From positions 53,632,001-53,696,000 of the forward strand of contig NC_058368.1 in the NCBI RefSeq assembly GCF_018350175.1: a DNA stretch of 64,000 nt, in the 5' to 3' direction. The translations under genes were made by a program, and so were the position numbers. Every line of letters starts with the position of its first letter. The first letter of the stretch is position 1. Below, in pieces: positions 50,060 through 63,234 of this stretch. The notes below the pieces were generated by a model. That model did no database searches and had not been told where the DNA came from. It worked only from the letters and a program-made list of their open reading frames with translations. The stretch is from Felis catus (taxonomy: Eukaryota).

Positions 50060-51760
50060 TTTCATCTGTTTATTCATTAAGTGCATTTCTCTGTGCCAGG
50101 CAGAGCTTTAAGTGCTGGGGACATGATAGGGAACACATTTTTCTCTGCTCTCAATGAGCTTAATTCTAGGGGCAAGAAAAGGGCTATAAAGACATAAAAA
50201 AACAAACAAAATAGAGCAAGTGGTGATCGCTGCTATAAAAACAGGAGCAAGTTGAGGGAGTGTTGAGGTGAGACTAGTTGTGTGCTTTTTAAGACAAGGT
50301 CCTTATGGGAAGCCTTAAGTAGAAAAATAAACCCAGGAAGCAATCTCTGTGATTATCTGGCAGAAGAATATTTCAGCAATGTTCGAGGAAGAGGAGACGG
50401 TAAATGCAAAGGCCCTCAGGTGAGAGCATATTCAGTATGTTTAAGAACTACCAAAGACCATCTATGATGGAGAGAGGGCTCTGAGATTGGAGACATACCC
50501 TGAGGCAGGCAGGATGTTTTAGGGCTTCACAAATCATTGGAAAGACACTGGCATTCTTCGGAATGAGATGGGAAGCCATTAGAGTTTTGAGCAGATGGAT
50601 GATAGAATCTAGCTGTTCTAGGAGTCTGTTGGGGATGGGGCAAGCAAGAGTGAAACTAGACCAGAGGCATTTCTCTCATTGAGGTGAGAAATTACACTGG
50701 GGAGAGCTGTTGAGAAGCCATCAGATTGCTGGACGTTTTGATGGCAAAGTCAACAGGATTTCCTGATAGATTGGATATGTAGTATGGGAGAAAAAAAGAT
50801 GGCTCCAAAGTTTTTTGGCCTGAGAAGCCGGGTGGATGGAGTTGCCATCTACACACATGCAGGTAATACAAAACAAATAACAAGAAACACGTGTTAGGTT
50901 TCCTACATTTGAAAGTAGAGGTAACTTTTGGTTGAGATGTTAAGTAGTTGGTTATGCAGTCTGGAATTTAGGAGAGAGGTGCAGATTGGATATAGAGTTG
51001 ATCTCTGCAGAATGTAGCAGTTAGGGATGGCGGACCCCCCCCCCCCACCTCCCCACTCCTGCTAGAAAGTAAAAAATCCACGTGTAACTTTTGACTGTCT
51101 TGAAACTTAACTATTAACAGCCTACTGTTGACTGGAAGCCTTACTGATAACAGTTGGTTAACACATATTTTGTATGTTATATGTGTTATATACGTGTTGT
51201 TATGATAATGTAAGCTAGAGAAAAGAAAATGTTAAGAAAATCCTAAGAGAAAATACCTTTACTGTATTGATTGAAAAAATTCTGCTTGTAAGTGGACCAC
51301 TGTTCAAACTCCTGTTGTTCAAGAATGAACTGATTGAGTCTGGAATAGTTGGTGTAGAGACGATAGTTAAAGCCATGGAACTAAAGGAAAAAAACAAGAA
51401 TAAGTGTCAACAGAGAAAGGGTCCAAAGACTGGGACACTTAAAATTTCAGTGTTAGAGGTTAAGGAAGGTAAGGAAGAACTAGCAAAGGCGGGTGGAGAA
51501 CCACAGATAGTGTCCCTGAAGTGAAGTGACCAAAGTGTTTGAACAAGTAAGGACAGATTCACTGGGCCAAGTGCTGCTGATAGGCCGGGAAAGATGAGGA
51601 CTGACATCTGCTTTGGGCTTGGCATTATGGGGCACATTGCTGTTTTGTGATAGAAGTGGAACAGAAGTGTGATGGAGTTTCTCAGGATAGGAAAAGGAGG
51701 AAGCATTGACCATAAGTAATGACAACTCCCTGTAAGGAATTTTACCATAAAGGGGATAAC
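50060..51760 (+). mobile_element. L2 fragment interrupted by a Tigger2-type element
   Basis: L2 motifs tgcaaaggccctcaggtg, gatgggaagccattagagttttgagcaga, caacaggatttcctgatagattggat. Confidence 0.7.
51019..51332. mobile_element. Tigger2a-like (TcMar) non-autonomous DNA transposon
   Basis: aaaatccacgtgtaacttttgact...cctactgttgactggaagccttac...gtggaccactgttcaaactcctgttgttcaag. Confidence 0.8.
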
Positions 51761-51779
51761 TCAGTAGCAGGGCAGGGAA

Positions 51780-52265
51780 CTAGAGGCACACTCTATTTAG
51801 GGAATTTGGGCTTTTAATAAATGGGCTGCTTACAAAGGCTTGAGCAGGGAGTAGGGAAACCACAGGGGATAGTGCATTACTATAGGGCTACCTAACAGTG
51901 GACTCTTACTTCCTATCACATCTGATGTGGTGAGGGGAGGGAGCCATCACCAGAACCTGGATAGAGAAAGGGAGAAGAGCTCTGTGGGGAGGGCTGCCTG
52001 ACAGCAGTTGTGATGCTCAGTTGAGGGATGCAACTAGTTCAAGGCCAACCTTCCAGGTAAAAGAGGAGTCAAGGGAGTAAGTACGCCAACTTCACTCTCC
52101 TCTCTTCATCCTTCCACCCATTGTCTTGCTTCATGCCTCAGTGCTTGAACCCAACAAAAAGCAAGAGGGCTTGGGAATTGGTCCATGAAGTCCATGCAGA
52201 TCCAATATCCTAAGACAAAGAAGAGAGGCAGGGAGTGGGTCTGGAGAGTCAAAGGAAAGAAAAGA
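51780..52265 (-). mobile_element. LTR16-family ERVL LTR
   Basis: gtggggagggctgcctgacag; gaacccaac..aaagc.agagggc; gggagtgggtctggagagtcaaa. Confidence 0.6.
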
Positions 52266-53799
52266 TACTCAGCACAAAGAAGGTCAGAAATGGACCAGTA
52301 AATGGACAGAAAACCTGGAGTTAAGAGAATAAGAATTGATGGCACCAGAAATTCCACTTCCAGGATATAATAAAGGGCACACAAAAGTTTCAGCTATAAA
52401 ATTACAACTCAGGACTACTAACTGCATAAAATGGAAATCTGGTAAAAATGCATCCACCCAATGGAATACTAGGTAGCAGTTAAAAGTAATCTTGTAGAAT
52501 ATAGAAGGACATAAAAATAATGATAATTTAAATAAACATGTCATCTCATAACTACGTTATGTACATTATGATCCAAAGTTTTAAAAAAGAAAAATCTATT
52601 CACCTGGAAACGAAACTGAAAGCATTTATACCAATTTTTTTTTTCTCCTGCACTGTATAGACTGCATTTATGTCTCACTTTCCTTCAGTGTGAATGCACT
52701 GCCCTCAAGAAACACTTAGTTTGTATCCCAGGTTGACCTCCCCATGCTTCTTGCTCCAATGGATTCTACAGATGTGTTGTATCATTTGCAGTTGAGCTCC
52801 AAGGCATCTAGGTGGGGCCCTAATGACATGTTCTGCTTTGGCTCTATTTCTTACAGTAAAAATCACATACTCACATGTCTAGTTGCCACATATCCTCCCC
52901 ATGAGGGCTATGCAATTCCAATTCTGTGCTGAGGAACTAGAAACATGCTTTAGTCACATTGTTCCTGATGCTAGGATAGTAATAGATATTAAACATAGGT
53001 CAAAGGTTGAGTTTGAGAGAGACCCACACCAGGCAAAATATTGCCACAGTTGAAGCCCCATTGGTGGACACTGTGTAGGTGGGGATGTAAAGGTAGATGG
53101 TACTTGTGATGAAACTGCATCAAGTAGTAATTATCAATTCACTAAAAGCATTTATTGAGCACCTACTCTGTGCTGAAAGCTAGGTCAGCAGTTGTGCCAG
53201 AAGAATGCAGGAAATGGTCTTTGTGCTCAAGGAACTTAGCTGGAGGTACAATTAATCCACAAACCAATAAGAATAATAAGATGTAATTAAATGTAAAATT
53301 GCTTCTTACAGTCCATAAATTCAATGTGTTTCGGAGGAAACGAGGAGGGTGGTATCGATTAAGAGTGTGTTACCGAGATGTTAATCTGAACTTGGAGGGA
53401 GAAGTTGGGGCTTGAAGAAGAGTTGGGGAAGGATTCTGTGGGGGGCACCAAACAATCAAGGGCTGATGGGGCTGGATTGAAGCCTCAGGGAGCAAGCAAG
53501 GCCCCCCTTCCCCTTTTTTAAATAAAATAAAACTTTCCCAAGTTAAGAAAAAAAACTTTACATTCTTGAGCCAATTGACTGTAACATGACATGAGGATTA
53601 AGTTCTTTAAAAATCTTTGGAGAAAGGCAGCCTCTTGGTAGGGAGGTGATTTAGTTTAACAGGTCATTAAACAGGTTAGGAAACATGAATTTTAGTCCCC
53701 ATAATGACTGTCTTTTGATATCAAGTCCTTTAACCGTTCTGACCTTACACTGGGGAAGGCTTTCTTATCAACTGCTTCCTCTGCTGGGCCTCTTCTGTC

Positions 53800-53980
53800 C
53801 TTCATGTCATTTTATTCTCCCAACAACCCTAGGAGTAGTGGTTTTTCTTTAAATCTACATTATACAAATGAGGAAAACGGAGACTCCGAGAAATCAAGAA
53901 ACTTACCCAAGGTACATAATGGCAAGGTTGCGATTCGAACTTCAGCCATCTGATCCCTTGACACCACAGTGTCATAAACT
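53800..53980 (-). mobile_element. MIR; further copies at ~58340-58560 and ~61200-61600
   Basis: acaaatgaggaaaacggagactccgagaaatcaagaaacttacccaaggt. Confidence 0.7.
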
Positions 53981-55789
53981 GTCCTGCGTTCCCTGGTCAT
54001 GCAATGAAAACATATATGGGGAGGTTCCCATAAATTCCCCCTTTTCTAATCCTTGTAGCTTTCTGCTTTTCCATCTTGTGATGAGCCATGACTGTGGAGC
54101 TCCATGTTTCACAAGAGATAGCCTTGAAAACTGAAGTATCTGTTTTCAAATGGCACTGAAATTCTAGAGGCCAGTATGTTTTCTACGAGTGAAAACTTCT
54201 TGGCCAAGTCCCCGGGCCCAAGAGTCTCCTGCTATGTGCCTCCTTGGAAACGGGCCAGGGATGTCCACAGCTCGCAGTGGAGGAATGTAGCCCTTGGAGA
54301 GATAGTCAGGGAGGGTGCTGGGCAACAGGAGGAAATGGCTACATTTCAGTAACCTGCAGAACTTGGAATTCGCAGGGAATGATTTCCTCTCTTGTGGGAG
54401 CTAAGGCATTTCAGTAAATCTGAGCGCCTGTCAGAGAAGCAGCCACCACTGGGCTTGCTGATTACATTTGCAGTGGTAACCAAAAGCCCCCGCTTGTGAT
54501 CGTTCTAACTTTGAAAATTATATCTTACAGGGATCTTTGCTAATGCCCCCTCTACAAAACAGATTGAATCTTCACTGAAAATCCCTGTAGCCCACAGAGA
54601 TAAGCCGCCTATGCAGATACAAAGCAGTGACTTTTTCCCCAAATGTGGGTGGAATGGGACTTTGGTGTGTTAATCAATGTCTACCTACTCCGATTTGCCT
54701 GGAAGGTTGGGTAATTCCTGACAATGCCACCCTTTACCTCAGAGTCACAGAAAACTATTCACGTGACTTTTGAGGTTTTAAGCCTGGTGTCTGATTGGTT
54801 TCCCCAGTGGGGCCTTGCTTTGGTTAAGAGCACTGCATTCTTAAGTCAACTGAAAGGCTGACTATTTAGCAACCCAGAAGATGTTGGTGCAGACTGTTGA
54901 AAGTTCGTCGTGAAATAGTGCTGGTTCCTCTGGAGGTGCTTTCAGTTGGGAAGTCACGCCGGTCCTTTCTTTTTCCTTTGCCAGACCTGGAATTTTAGAA
55001 GTCTCTGATGTGTGGAGCAGGGGAAAAAGCACTTGGTTAAAATCTTTAAAAAACCCATGTCTCTTGCACACACGTCCGCCTCCGAAGAGGCCCCTGCAAA
55101 AAGTCAGACCAGAAATGATGATATAATGCGGCTCCTTTAGTCTAAGAACCCATCATCTTCTCTTCTACAATGGAAATCTCCATCAAATAAGAATAGGAAT
55201 GTAATTGAGTATCTGGCCAAGTTTCAGCTTGGGAGTGAAACCCTCTTTAAGTTATTCCCGTGCCTCCTGTTAACATTTAATAGGAAAGGTAAGCAGGCTG
55301 CACATTCAGTCTCAGATGGAGCTTTCTCTGCAGCTTTCGAACCACAATGAGCTTTTCTCTTTTTATCGCCCCGTTCCTTCCCTTTCACCCGATTGCTTGC
55401 AGAACACTTTCCTCTCCATCTCTCTTTTTTCTGTTCTCACCTTTTGCTTTCTTCCCCTGTCCTTTCCTTCTTTCTTTCTTTGTATCTCTTTCCACTTCCC
55501 TTCTCTCCCCATCCCACCCCCTCCCTTCTTACACAAACTAATGACTAACACAAACACACAAATACACTCAAAACCCTAGAATATTCATAGTGTCAGGGAA
55601 CACAATGGCTTCCAACCAGCCTGACCTCAAGTTCCCTTTAGCCCTCTCTGACTGTGTGCTTTCTGAGCAGGGCAGGGCCCAGCCCATTTACAGTATGTCT
55701 TTGCTTTTAGATTGCTCTTCTAAAATTATTTAAACAGCAGTGGAATTAGAAACAATTTAAACTGTCATGGATCATTATCTGCATACAGG

Positions 55790-58070
55790 GTTTTTTTTTT
55801 AATTGAAATGTAGTTGACATACAATATTACATTAGTTTCAGATGTACATACAGCGTAGTGATTGGACAACTTTATACCCTTAATGCTATGCTCACCACAA
55901 GTGTAGCTACCACCTGTCACCATACGATGCTATTACAATACCATTGTCTATATTCCCTATGCTGTACCTTTTATCCCCATGATTTATTCATTCTGTAATT
56001 GGAAGCCTGTATCTACTATTCCTCTTCACCCATTTTGCCCATCCCTCCACCCCCTTCCCCTCTGGCAACCATCAGTCTGTTCTCTGTATTTATGGGTCTA
56101 TTTCTGCTTTTTGTTTTGTCTTTTAGATTCCACATATAAGTGAAATCATATGGTGTTTATCTTTCTCAATCTGATTATGTCACTTAGCACAAAACCCTCT
56201 AGGTCCATCCATGTTGTTGCAAATGGCAAAAATCGCATCCTTTTTTATGACTGAGTAATATCCTATTGTGTCTGTGTCTGTGTGTGTGTGTAAACACACA
56301 CACACACACACACACACATGCCACATCTACTTTATCGATTCATCTGTTGATGGACACGTGGATTGCTTCCATAGCTTGGCTATTGTAAATAATGCTGCAA
56401 TAAATATAGAGGTGCATATATCTTTTTCAAATCAGTATTTTCATTTTCTTTGGGTAAATACTTGGTAGTAGAATTATGGGACATATGATATTTATAATTT
56501 TAATTTTTTGAGGAACCTACATAATGTTTTTCCTCAGTGGCTGCACCAATTTATATTCCTACCAACAGTGCATAAATGTTCCTTTTTCTCCACACCCAGA
56601 GCAACATTTGTTATTTCTTTTTGATCGTAGCCATTCTGATGGATGTGAAGTGATAATCTCATTATGGTTTTATTATTTATTAATTTTTAAAATTTCTTTA
56701 ATGTTTATTTATTATTGAGAGCCAGAGACAGACAGAGCATGAGCAGGGGAGAGGCAGAGAGAGGAGGATACACAGAATCCGAAGCAGGCTCCAGGCTCTG
56801 AGCTGTCAGCACAGAGCCTGACGCGGGGCTTGAACTCACGAACCGAGAGATCATGACCCGAGCCAAAGTCGGACGCTCAACCGACTGAGCCATCCAGGGA
56901 CCCCTCATTATGGTTTTAGTTTGTATTTCTCTGATTAGTGATGTTGGGCATCTTTTTGTGTGTCTATTGGCTATCTGTGTCATCTTTGAAAAAAAATGTC
57001 TATTGAGGTCCTCTGCCCATTATAAATAAGATTATTTTTTTTGGTATTGAATTCTAGAAGTTCTTCATATGTTGTGGATATCAACCTCTTATTGGATATA
57101 TCATTTGTGAATGTCTTCATTCATTCATTGAGTTGCTTTTTCACTTTTTTGATGGTTTCCTTCACTGTCCAAAAGCTTTTTATTTTGATGTAGTCCCAGT
57201 AGCTTATTTTTACTTTTGTTTCCCTTGCCTGAGGAGACCTATCTAGAAAAATGTTTCTAGACCTAGCTAGAAAAAAGGCCAATATCAAATAAATTATTGC
57301 CTATGTTCTCTCTAGCAGTTTTATGGTTTTAGGTCTCACATTTAGTTCTTTAATCCATTTTGAGTTTATTTTTGTGTCTGATGTAAGGTAGTGGTCCTAT
57401 TTCATCCTTTTACATGTTGATGTCCGTATTTTCCTAATACCACTTACTGGAGAGACTGTCTTTTGCCCATGGTATATTACTTCCTTTGATGTAGATTATT
57501 TGGCCATATAACATGCGTTTATTTCTGGGCTGTCTATTCTATCAGTTTCTACATGTCTGTTTTTGTTCCAGTTCCATACTGTTTTGATTACTATAGGTAT
57601 GCAGTGTATCTTGAAATCTGGGATTGTGATACTTCCAGCTTTGCTCTTTCTCCAGATTGCTTTGGTTATTTGGGGTCTTTTGTGATTCCATACCAATTTT
57701 AGTATCATTTTGTTCTAGTTTTGTAAAAAATGTTGTTGGTATTTTAATAAGGATTGCTCTGGGTGGTATGGACCTCTTAATAGTACTTCTTTCTATCCAG
57801 GAGCATGGAATATCTTTCCATTTATTTGTGTCATCTTCAATTTCTTTCATCAATGTTTTATGGTTTTCAGAGTATAGGTCTTTCACCTCCTTGGTTAAAT
57901 TTATTCCTAGGTATTGTATTTTTTTTGGTTTGATTGTAAATGGGATTTGTTCTTAATTTCTCTTTCTGCTACTTTGTTATTAGTGTATAGAAACACAACC
58001 AGTTTCTGGGCATTGATTTTGTATCCTGCAACTTAACTGAATTCCTTATTACTTGTAATCATTTTTTTGA
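55790..58070 (-). mobile_element. 5'-truncated L1 (L1MA/L1_Carn-like) ORF2 C-terminus and 3'UTR, ~2.3 kb, disabled
   Basis: ORF 57542-57886 MKDLYSENHKTLMKEIEDDTNKWKDIPCSWI and 57496-57708 ITIPDFKIH...IKTVWNW match L1 ORF2p; frameshifted; T-tract at 55791. Confidence 0.92.
56673..56903 (-). mobile_element. Can-SINE inserted in L1
   Basis: TSD ctcattatggtttta on both sides. Confidence 0.93.
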
Positions 58071-61000
58071 TAGACTTCATTCGGTTTTAAGAGTTGAATG
58101 GGCAGAATTCATATCTTCATAGATAGGAAAACTCGATACAGGATAGTTAATGACTAAAAATCAGACACAAAGCTGTAACTATCAAGAAATCAATGAAATA
58201 CTGTTGAATTCCTACTTGAGACCATTATAATAAGCAAGATGGGGCATACAAGCATCATGCATTCTCAATGTCAAGTAGCTTATGATTATGTTTGGGATGA
58301 ACAGGGAACTTATGCGTGGAAAAGCAGCTAGAAGTAGCTCTCGCTAAAATTTATTGAGCACTTATTGTCAGCCACTGTAGTAAGCTCTTTATGTGTGTTC
58401 AGTCCTGAAATCTTTGAAACAACTCTAAAGTGTATGCCACATACCATCAAGATCAGCATCTTAGGGATGAGGAGACTGAAGTTTAGGGATTAAGTATCTT
58501 GCTCAGAGTCTCCCGGCTAGCATATGGGAAAGCTGGGACTTATAGCCAGCATAATCAGTAAATGTTGTGTACAAGTGAACGGAAGAATCTTTTTGAAGTT
58601 CAGAGCTGGAAAATCACTGTGTACTGGGGAGGTTACAAAGAGACAGCGTTTCAGGACTGGAGGAAACCTTTGAAAGTGGAATCTTTTCCATTAGTGTCAC
58701 ACTTAGGGAAATTGGGACACAAAGACAGGGATAGTCTGCTGAAAGCAGTGGCCTCTGGATGACATTTGTAGGATGGACGAGTAAGGTTTTGCCCGTCTTG
58801 ATGGAGAGAGCTGGATGGTATTCTTGGGGGGAGGGAATAGGAATGATGGTCTCCTGAAATCAGCTTCCAGCTGTTTTTGGTATTATTTTCTTTTCACTCA
58901 GAACCTTTCGCCAATATCTGGTATGTCTCAAAATGGTTCCAGGGAGAGGAGTTTGGGAAAGGAGGAAAATGGGAACCTTTTGTACACGTTATCACTTCCT
59001 GCAGTTTGAGGGTTCTTACCCCCACGGGACTCTCAAAGTTGCCATTGCTCCTGTCTGATGAAGTCCCACGGATGTCAGAAGGTATAACCAGGGAAAGGCG
59101 AGCAAGACTGAAATAAGGCTACAGCAGAAACAGAAATGCAGTAGCACACATGTCAGCATACAATCTAAGGCTTTGAAGCTGAAAAAGTCAAGCTTGCAGA
59201 GAAGCCTGCCGTAGTCTCTTTCCTCTGTGTTATCCTCGAACAGAGCACAGTTTTATATAGAATGTTTGCTGCAAAACTAGACACAAATAGTTCCGAGGAT
59301 TAACTTTGAATTTCCTGGATTTGGTGGGCATAAATCAGGGCCTTCATGCTATTTTAACACTTTTTGAAAACAAGGTCCTTATGAATAAATGGCAAAACTG
59401 GGTCAAGAAATGCTTTATTCATTAATAAGTAAAATCTAGAACTTGGAGTAATGCTCCCTAATTATGAAATGGGCAGCACTCTGTACTGTTTTCTGATTGG
59501 CTGACATCAGTTTGAATGCAAAGCTTTATTTCACTGCAGAGTCCTGGCATACTTCACACATTAAAATTCTAAGCTGTCTAAGTAGGTGTGAAACTAATTT
59601 TGTGTTTATTTTTTAAAACCCACCTATGATCATTTAGGACCATCCACTTCACTTTGGGAGGGCAGCACCCGGTTGTAGGTGGGCCCTGGGAGACAATAAA
59701 GGAGAGGATAATTTCTTAAATGGCTTAAACCAGAATATTTATAGTTTCCTGGAATAGTTGTAACTACTTATCCATTTTTCCAGCCACAACTTTTCTTAAT
59801 AAGAAGGGCTTTGAAAAACCTGCTAAATCTGGGCATAAAAGGAAACAGAAGTTTTCCTAGAGCAGTGGAATTTTTTAAAGTCACATAGTAACCTTATTGA
59901 TGAAATCAGGAAGAGAGCACTTTCAGATCAGACTTGAGGGAGGTTATTTACAAAACATGGGATTTTTCTCAGCACACCAGGCACATTCTGCAAGGTTTCC
60001 TGCAATATAGAAGACACATACTGTCACTGGTTTTTAATCAAGTCCGGCCATCTTGCAGACGCACCTTCAATGGGGAATGCTAAATGGCATTACCAGCCAC
60101 TGATTCATTCAGAATCATGAGGAAGACTCTTTGCAGAGGTCATTTGGCACTCAAAACAAAAACAAAAACAAAAACAAAAAAAACTCAGATCCCTTAGCAG
60201 TTAAAAAAGTGTATTTTCTGCTTAGATAGATCTGTCTTAATCTACTCATAAAAGCACTTTCTTGTTTGTGAATATCCTAGTAAAATTTCGTTTAAAAATG
60301 TAGTGCCTTTTTGAGCCATGGACAATCTGATGAAATGTACATTTTGGAAAAGCCAAATTCACACTGACCATCATTAAAAATGGTTGGTTGGTACCTTCAC
60401 CCCTGGATATTTTAACTGTGCTTTATTGATAAGGAAGGGCAGCTAACTCAAAACATGCTCCTTGGAAGATCTACGATCGAGAGTTGTTTTTTCCCCCCGA
60501 TCCTCTTTCTTATTGATGCTCCTCCCCCTCTTCTAAATAACTAAGTACTGAGTAAAATAATTCAGACTATTGTGAAATGTTGGTGGAATAAAGTCTTCAT
60601 CTCAGACTGGTGGCCTTCTGCTCTGGAAGTCACCATCCCTTCTCAGTTGGGCCCCTTGAACAGAATGCTGACAAGGGGAAGGCTGAGTGAGCCCCGTGCC
60701 TTTCCACTGGGTTTTCTTCAGGCTGCTCAGCCTAACCAGGGTTCTGCAGGTTTGTTTCATTATTTTGTTTATTTCATTATTTCATTTATTTCATCAATAA
60801 GCCCCAGCAGTGCTGGGAGACCATCATCATGATATAGGTTCTGTGGAACATACCCCTTTGTTCTAGACAGAGCAGAGTCCTCAACTTTGAATGTGAAGGG
60901 CATGTGGCATAGCTAAATAATGAGATCGGTCTTACATTGAGGACATGGTATTGAATGCAAATAAATCCCTTTTATCTTTCAACAAATATTATGGGGCATT

Positions 61001-61343
61001 TATTTAGGCAAATTGTAGAGCATTAAGGAAAATGCAGAGTTATATAAGATGAAAGGCCATCCTTCAAGAGCAGTAGATGAGATGGTACACGGACACCAAT
61101 AACTGAAATAAATGGCTATAAAACAATGCTTTTAGCATAAGGAAAACAACTACAAGTCTTAGGAAGACTCACTTCTAGCTAAGGAAATCTTCATAGAAAA
61201 TAGTGGTAATTATATTTTTCCTTTATTTAACACCTATTATCTAACAGACTGTGGAATCATTTTACATATATTATCTCATTTAATCTCATAGTAACAAGAG
61301 GGAGAAAGCTTTTTTATTATTTTTTAATTTTTATTTTATTTTT

Positions 61344-61442
61344 AGGCTAGTTGAGTAAAGCAGTGGGAGTGAAGAAGGAACAAAGAAATCTATAATTAGC
61401 TGTGATCAGTTAATTGTAAACACCAGTGCACTGGGATCAGCT
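61344..61442 (-). pseudogene. RNY3: Full-length Y3 RNA retropseudogene with A-rich tail (61310-61343), inserted in a MIR
   Basis: Reverse complement agctgatcccagtgcactggtgtttacaattaactgatcacagctaattatagatttctttgttccttcttcactcccactgctttactcaactagcct aligns end to end with recalled Y3 RNA (GGCTGGTCCGAGTGCAGTGGTGTTTACAACTAATTGATCACAACCAGTTACAGATTTCTTTGTTCCTTCTCCACTCCCACTGCTTCACTTGACTAGCCT); substitutions and poly(A) indicate a retrocopy. Confidence 0.92.
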
Positions 61443-63002
61443 GGAAGCAGGCATGATTATCTCCATGTTGACAAATGAGCAGGCTGATGTTCACCCAGTT
61501 TAAGAGATCTATGCAAATTATATGTGTGGCAGGGCTGGGATTTGAATATTGGAGCATCCATAGGTCTGTCTCCAAAGCCTATGTTCTTCATCACAAATTA
61601 ACCTGCTGTTTCACATCCCTATTATTGACCAACCCCTCTAGTTGAGATAGCTGTCTAGTTTCTCTTGTTTCTCCTTATAAAATTCTCCCCCCAAAAAGCA
61701 GCCTGTAAGAGCACCCACATGAAAGGCCAGATCACTCAGAGCCCAGGAGAGAAGAGAGGAAAGGAGGGGGCTCCTGGCTGAGACATGAGAGGAGAAAAGC
61801 ATTAGGAGTTTTGGATGAAGCAGCCTAAGAGAGAGAGAGACTGATGAAGACAGGAGGATGCTTAATAACAAAGGAACCAAGTGGGGATTTAGACAAATGT
61901 ACATGTAGCAAAAAACATATTAAAGGGTGGCTCCATTCAATATGGAGGCCTGATCTCCCAGTTACCCTCACACACCTTTAGGACATACATCCTGCTTCTC
62001 AACCAAAGAGACGTTAATGATAGTTTCATATCATTTGGTTAGAGAATTAGTTAATTTAGTTTCTCTGGTGCTCCTATGTGGGAATTAAGGCAACAGTATT
62101 CTATTTACCCATTCTAATATCTACTTCTATATATTTTTGTGAGTTAAATTCTACCTTGTGTTGCCAGTTAAGGTCACAAAAATGACGCAAATGATCTAAG
62201 AAAGGCAATGCTACATATGTAAGTATGAGGGGAAAGAGGAGTCCCTAAAAGGTGGCCACTTAAAACACTTTCCTGAAAGGATGTCAGATTCTCATCAGAT
62301 CCTGATCTCCGAATGGACTATAGTGGCACATACCACCCTTAGAGGACAGACCATTGGCTTCATATTTGTTGAGATAAGGAAATGTGAAGGGCAATGCATC
62401 TGAAGTCAAATGACCTGCATGTGAACTTCAACCTTGCAATTTAGCAGCCACCTACACCTAAACATTTTTTATACCTAAATAACAGTAATACTTTACCTAA
62501 ATTTCAAAGAGTTATTGCAAATAATAAGGGAAGTGATAGATATGAAAATACTCTGCAAATTACAAAGGCTATTCCAGAGGTTCCTACTGTAGTTCTGGAT
62601 TCCCAGTTATGCACTCACCTACCCTTCTGGGCTCTAGTGAAGAAGAAACACTGAAACCAAGGGGAAGGGAATCAACAATATTAATGGAGGTCCAGTTCTT
62701 AAAGCTGTGGATCCCAACTAAAGTTGAATCAAAGAATTTGGCAAGAGCCTAAGGCCAAACCAAGAAGCCTTCTAATATGGGTCCCCCAAATGAGACCTTG
62801 CAACTGAGCTGGATCTGCAAATCAGACCCTGGCCTGTGGCGTGGAAGGTCCTGTCCTCTCTCTCCAATCTCAGAGAAGGCAGACAGTTTATTCATTTTAA
62901 AGTTATTTATTATCTTATTTGAATTGTGAAATATAATATCTGAGGAAATAAATAGCTGTGTATGTTAATTAATTGAACATTGCAGCAGAAATTAATTTTG
63001 GA

Positions 63003-63234
63003 GAGGCGCCTGGGTGGCTCAGTGGGTTAAGTGTCCAACTTCGGCTCAGGTCACGATCTCACAGCTGGTGAGTTTGAGCCCCATATCGGGCTCTGTGCTG
63101 ACAGCTCAGAGCCTGGAGCCTGGTTCGGATTCTGGGTCTCCCCTCTCACTGCCGCTTCCCTACTCACACCCTGTCTCAGTCGCTGCCCTTCTCTCAAAAA
63201 TAAACATTAAAAAAAAATAGAAAACAAAAAAAAG
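63003..63234 (+). mobile_element. Can-SINE; the tail of another minus-strand SINE begins at ~63960
   Basis: ggcgcctgggtggctcagtgggttaag head; A tail. Confidence 0.92.

Noticed and set aside
57496..57956. L1 ORF2-like ORFs as an active retrotransposon
   Set aside because: 5'-truncated, frameshifted and SINE-interrupted; lacks ORF1 and most of ORF2
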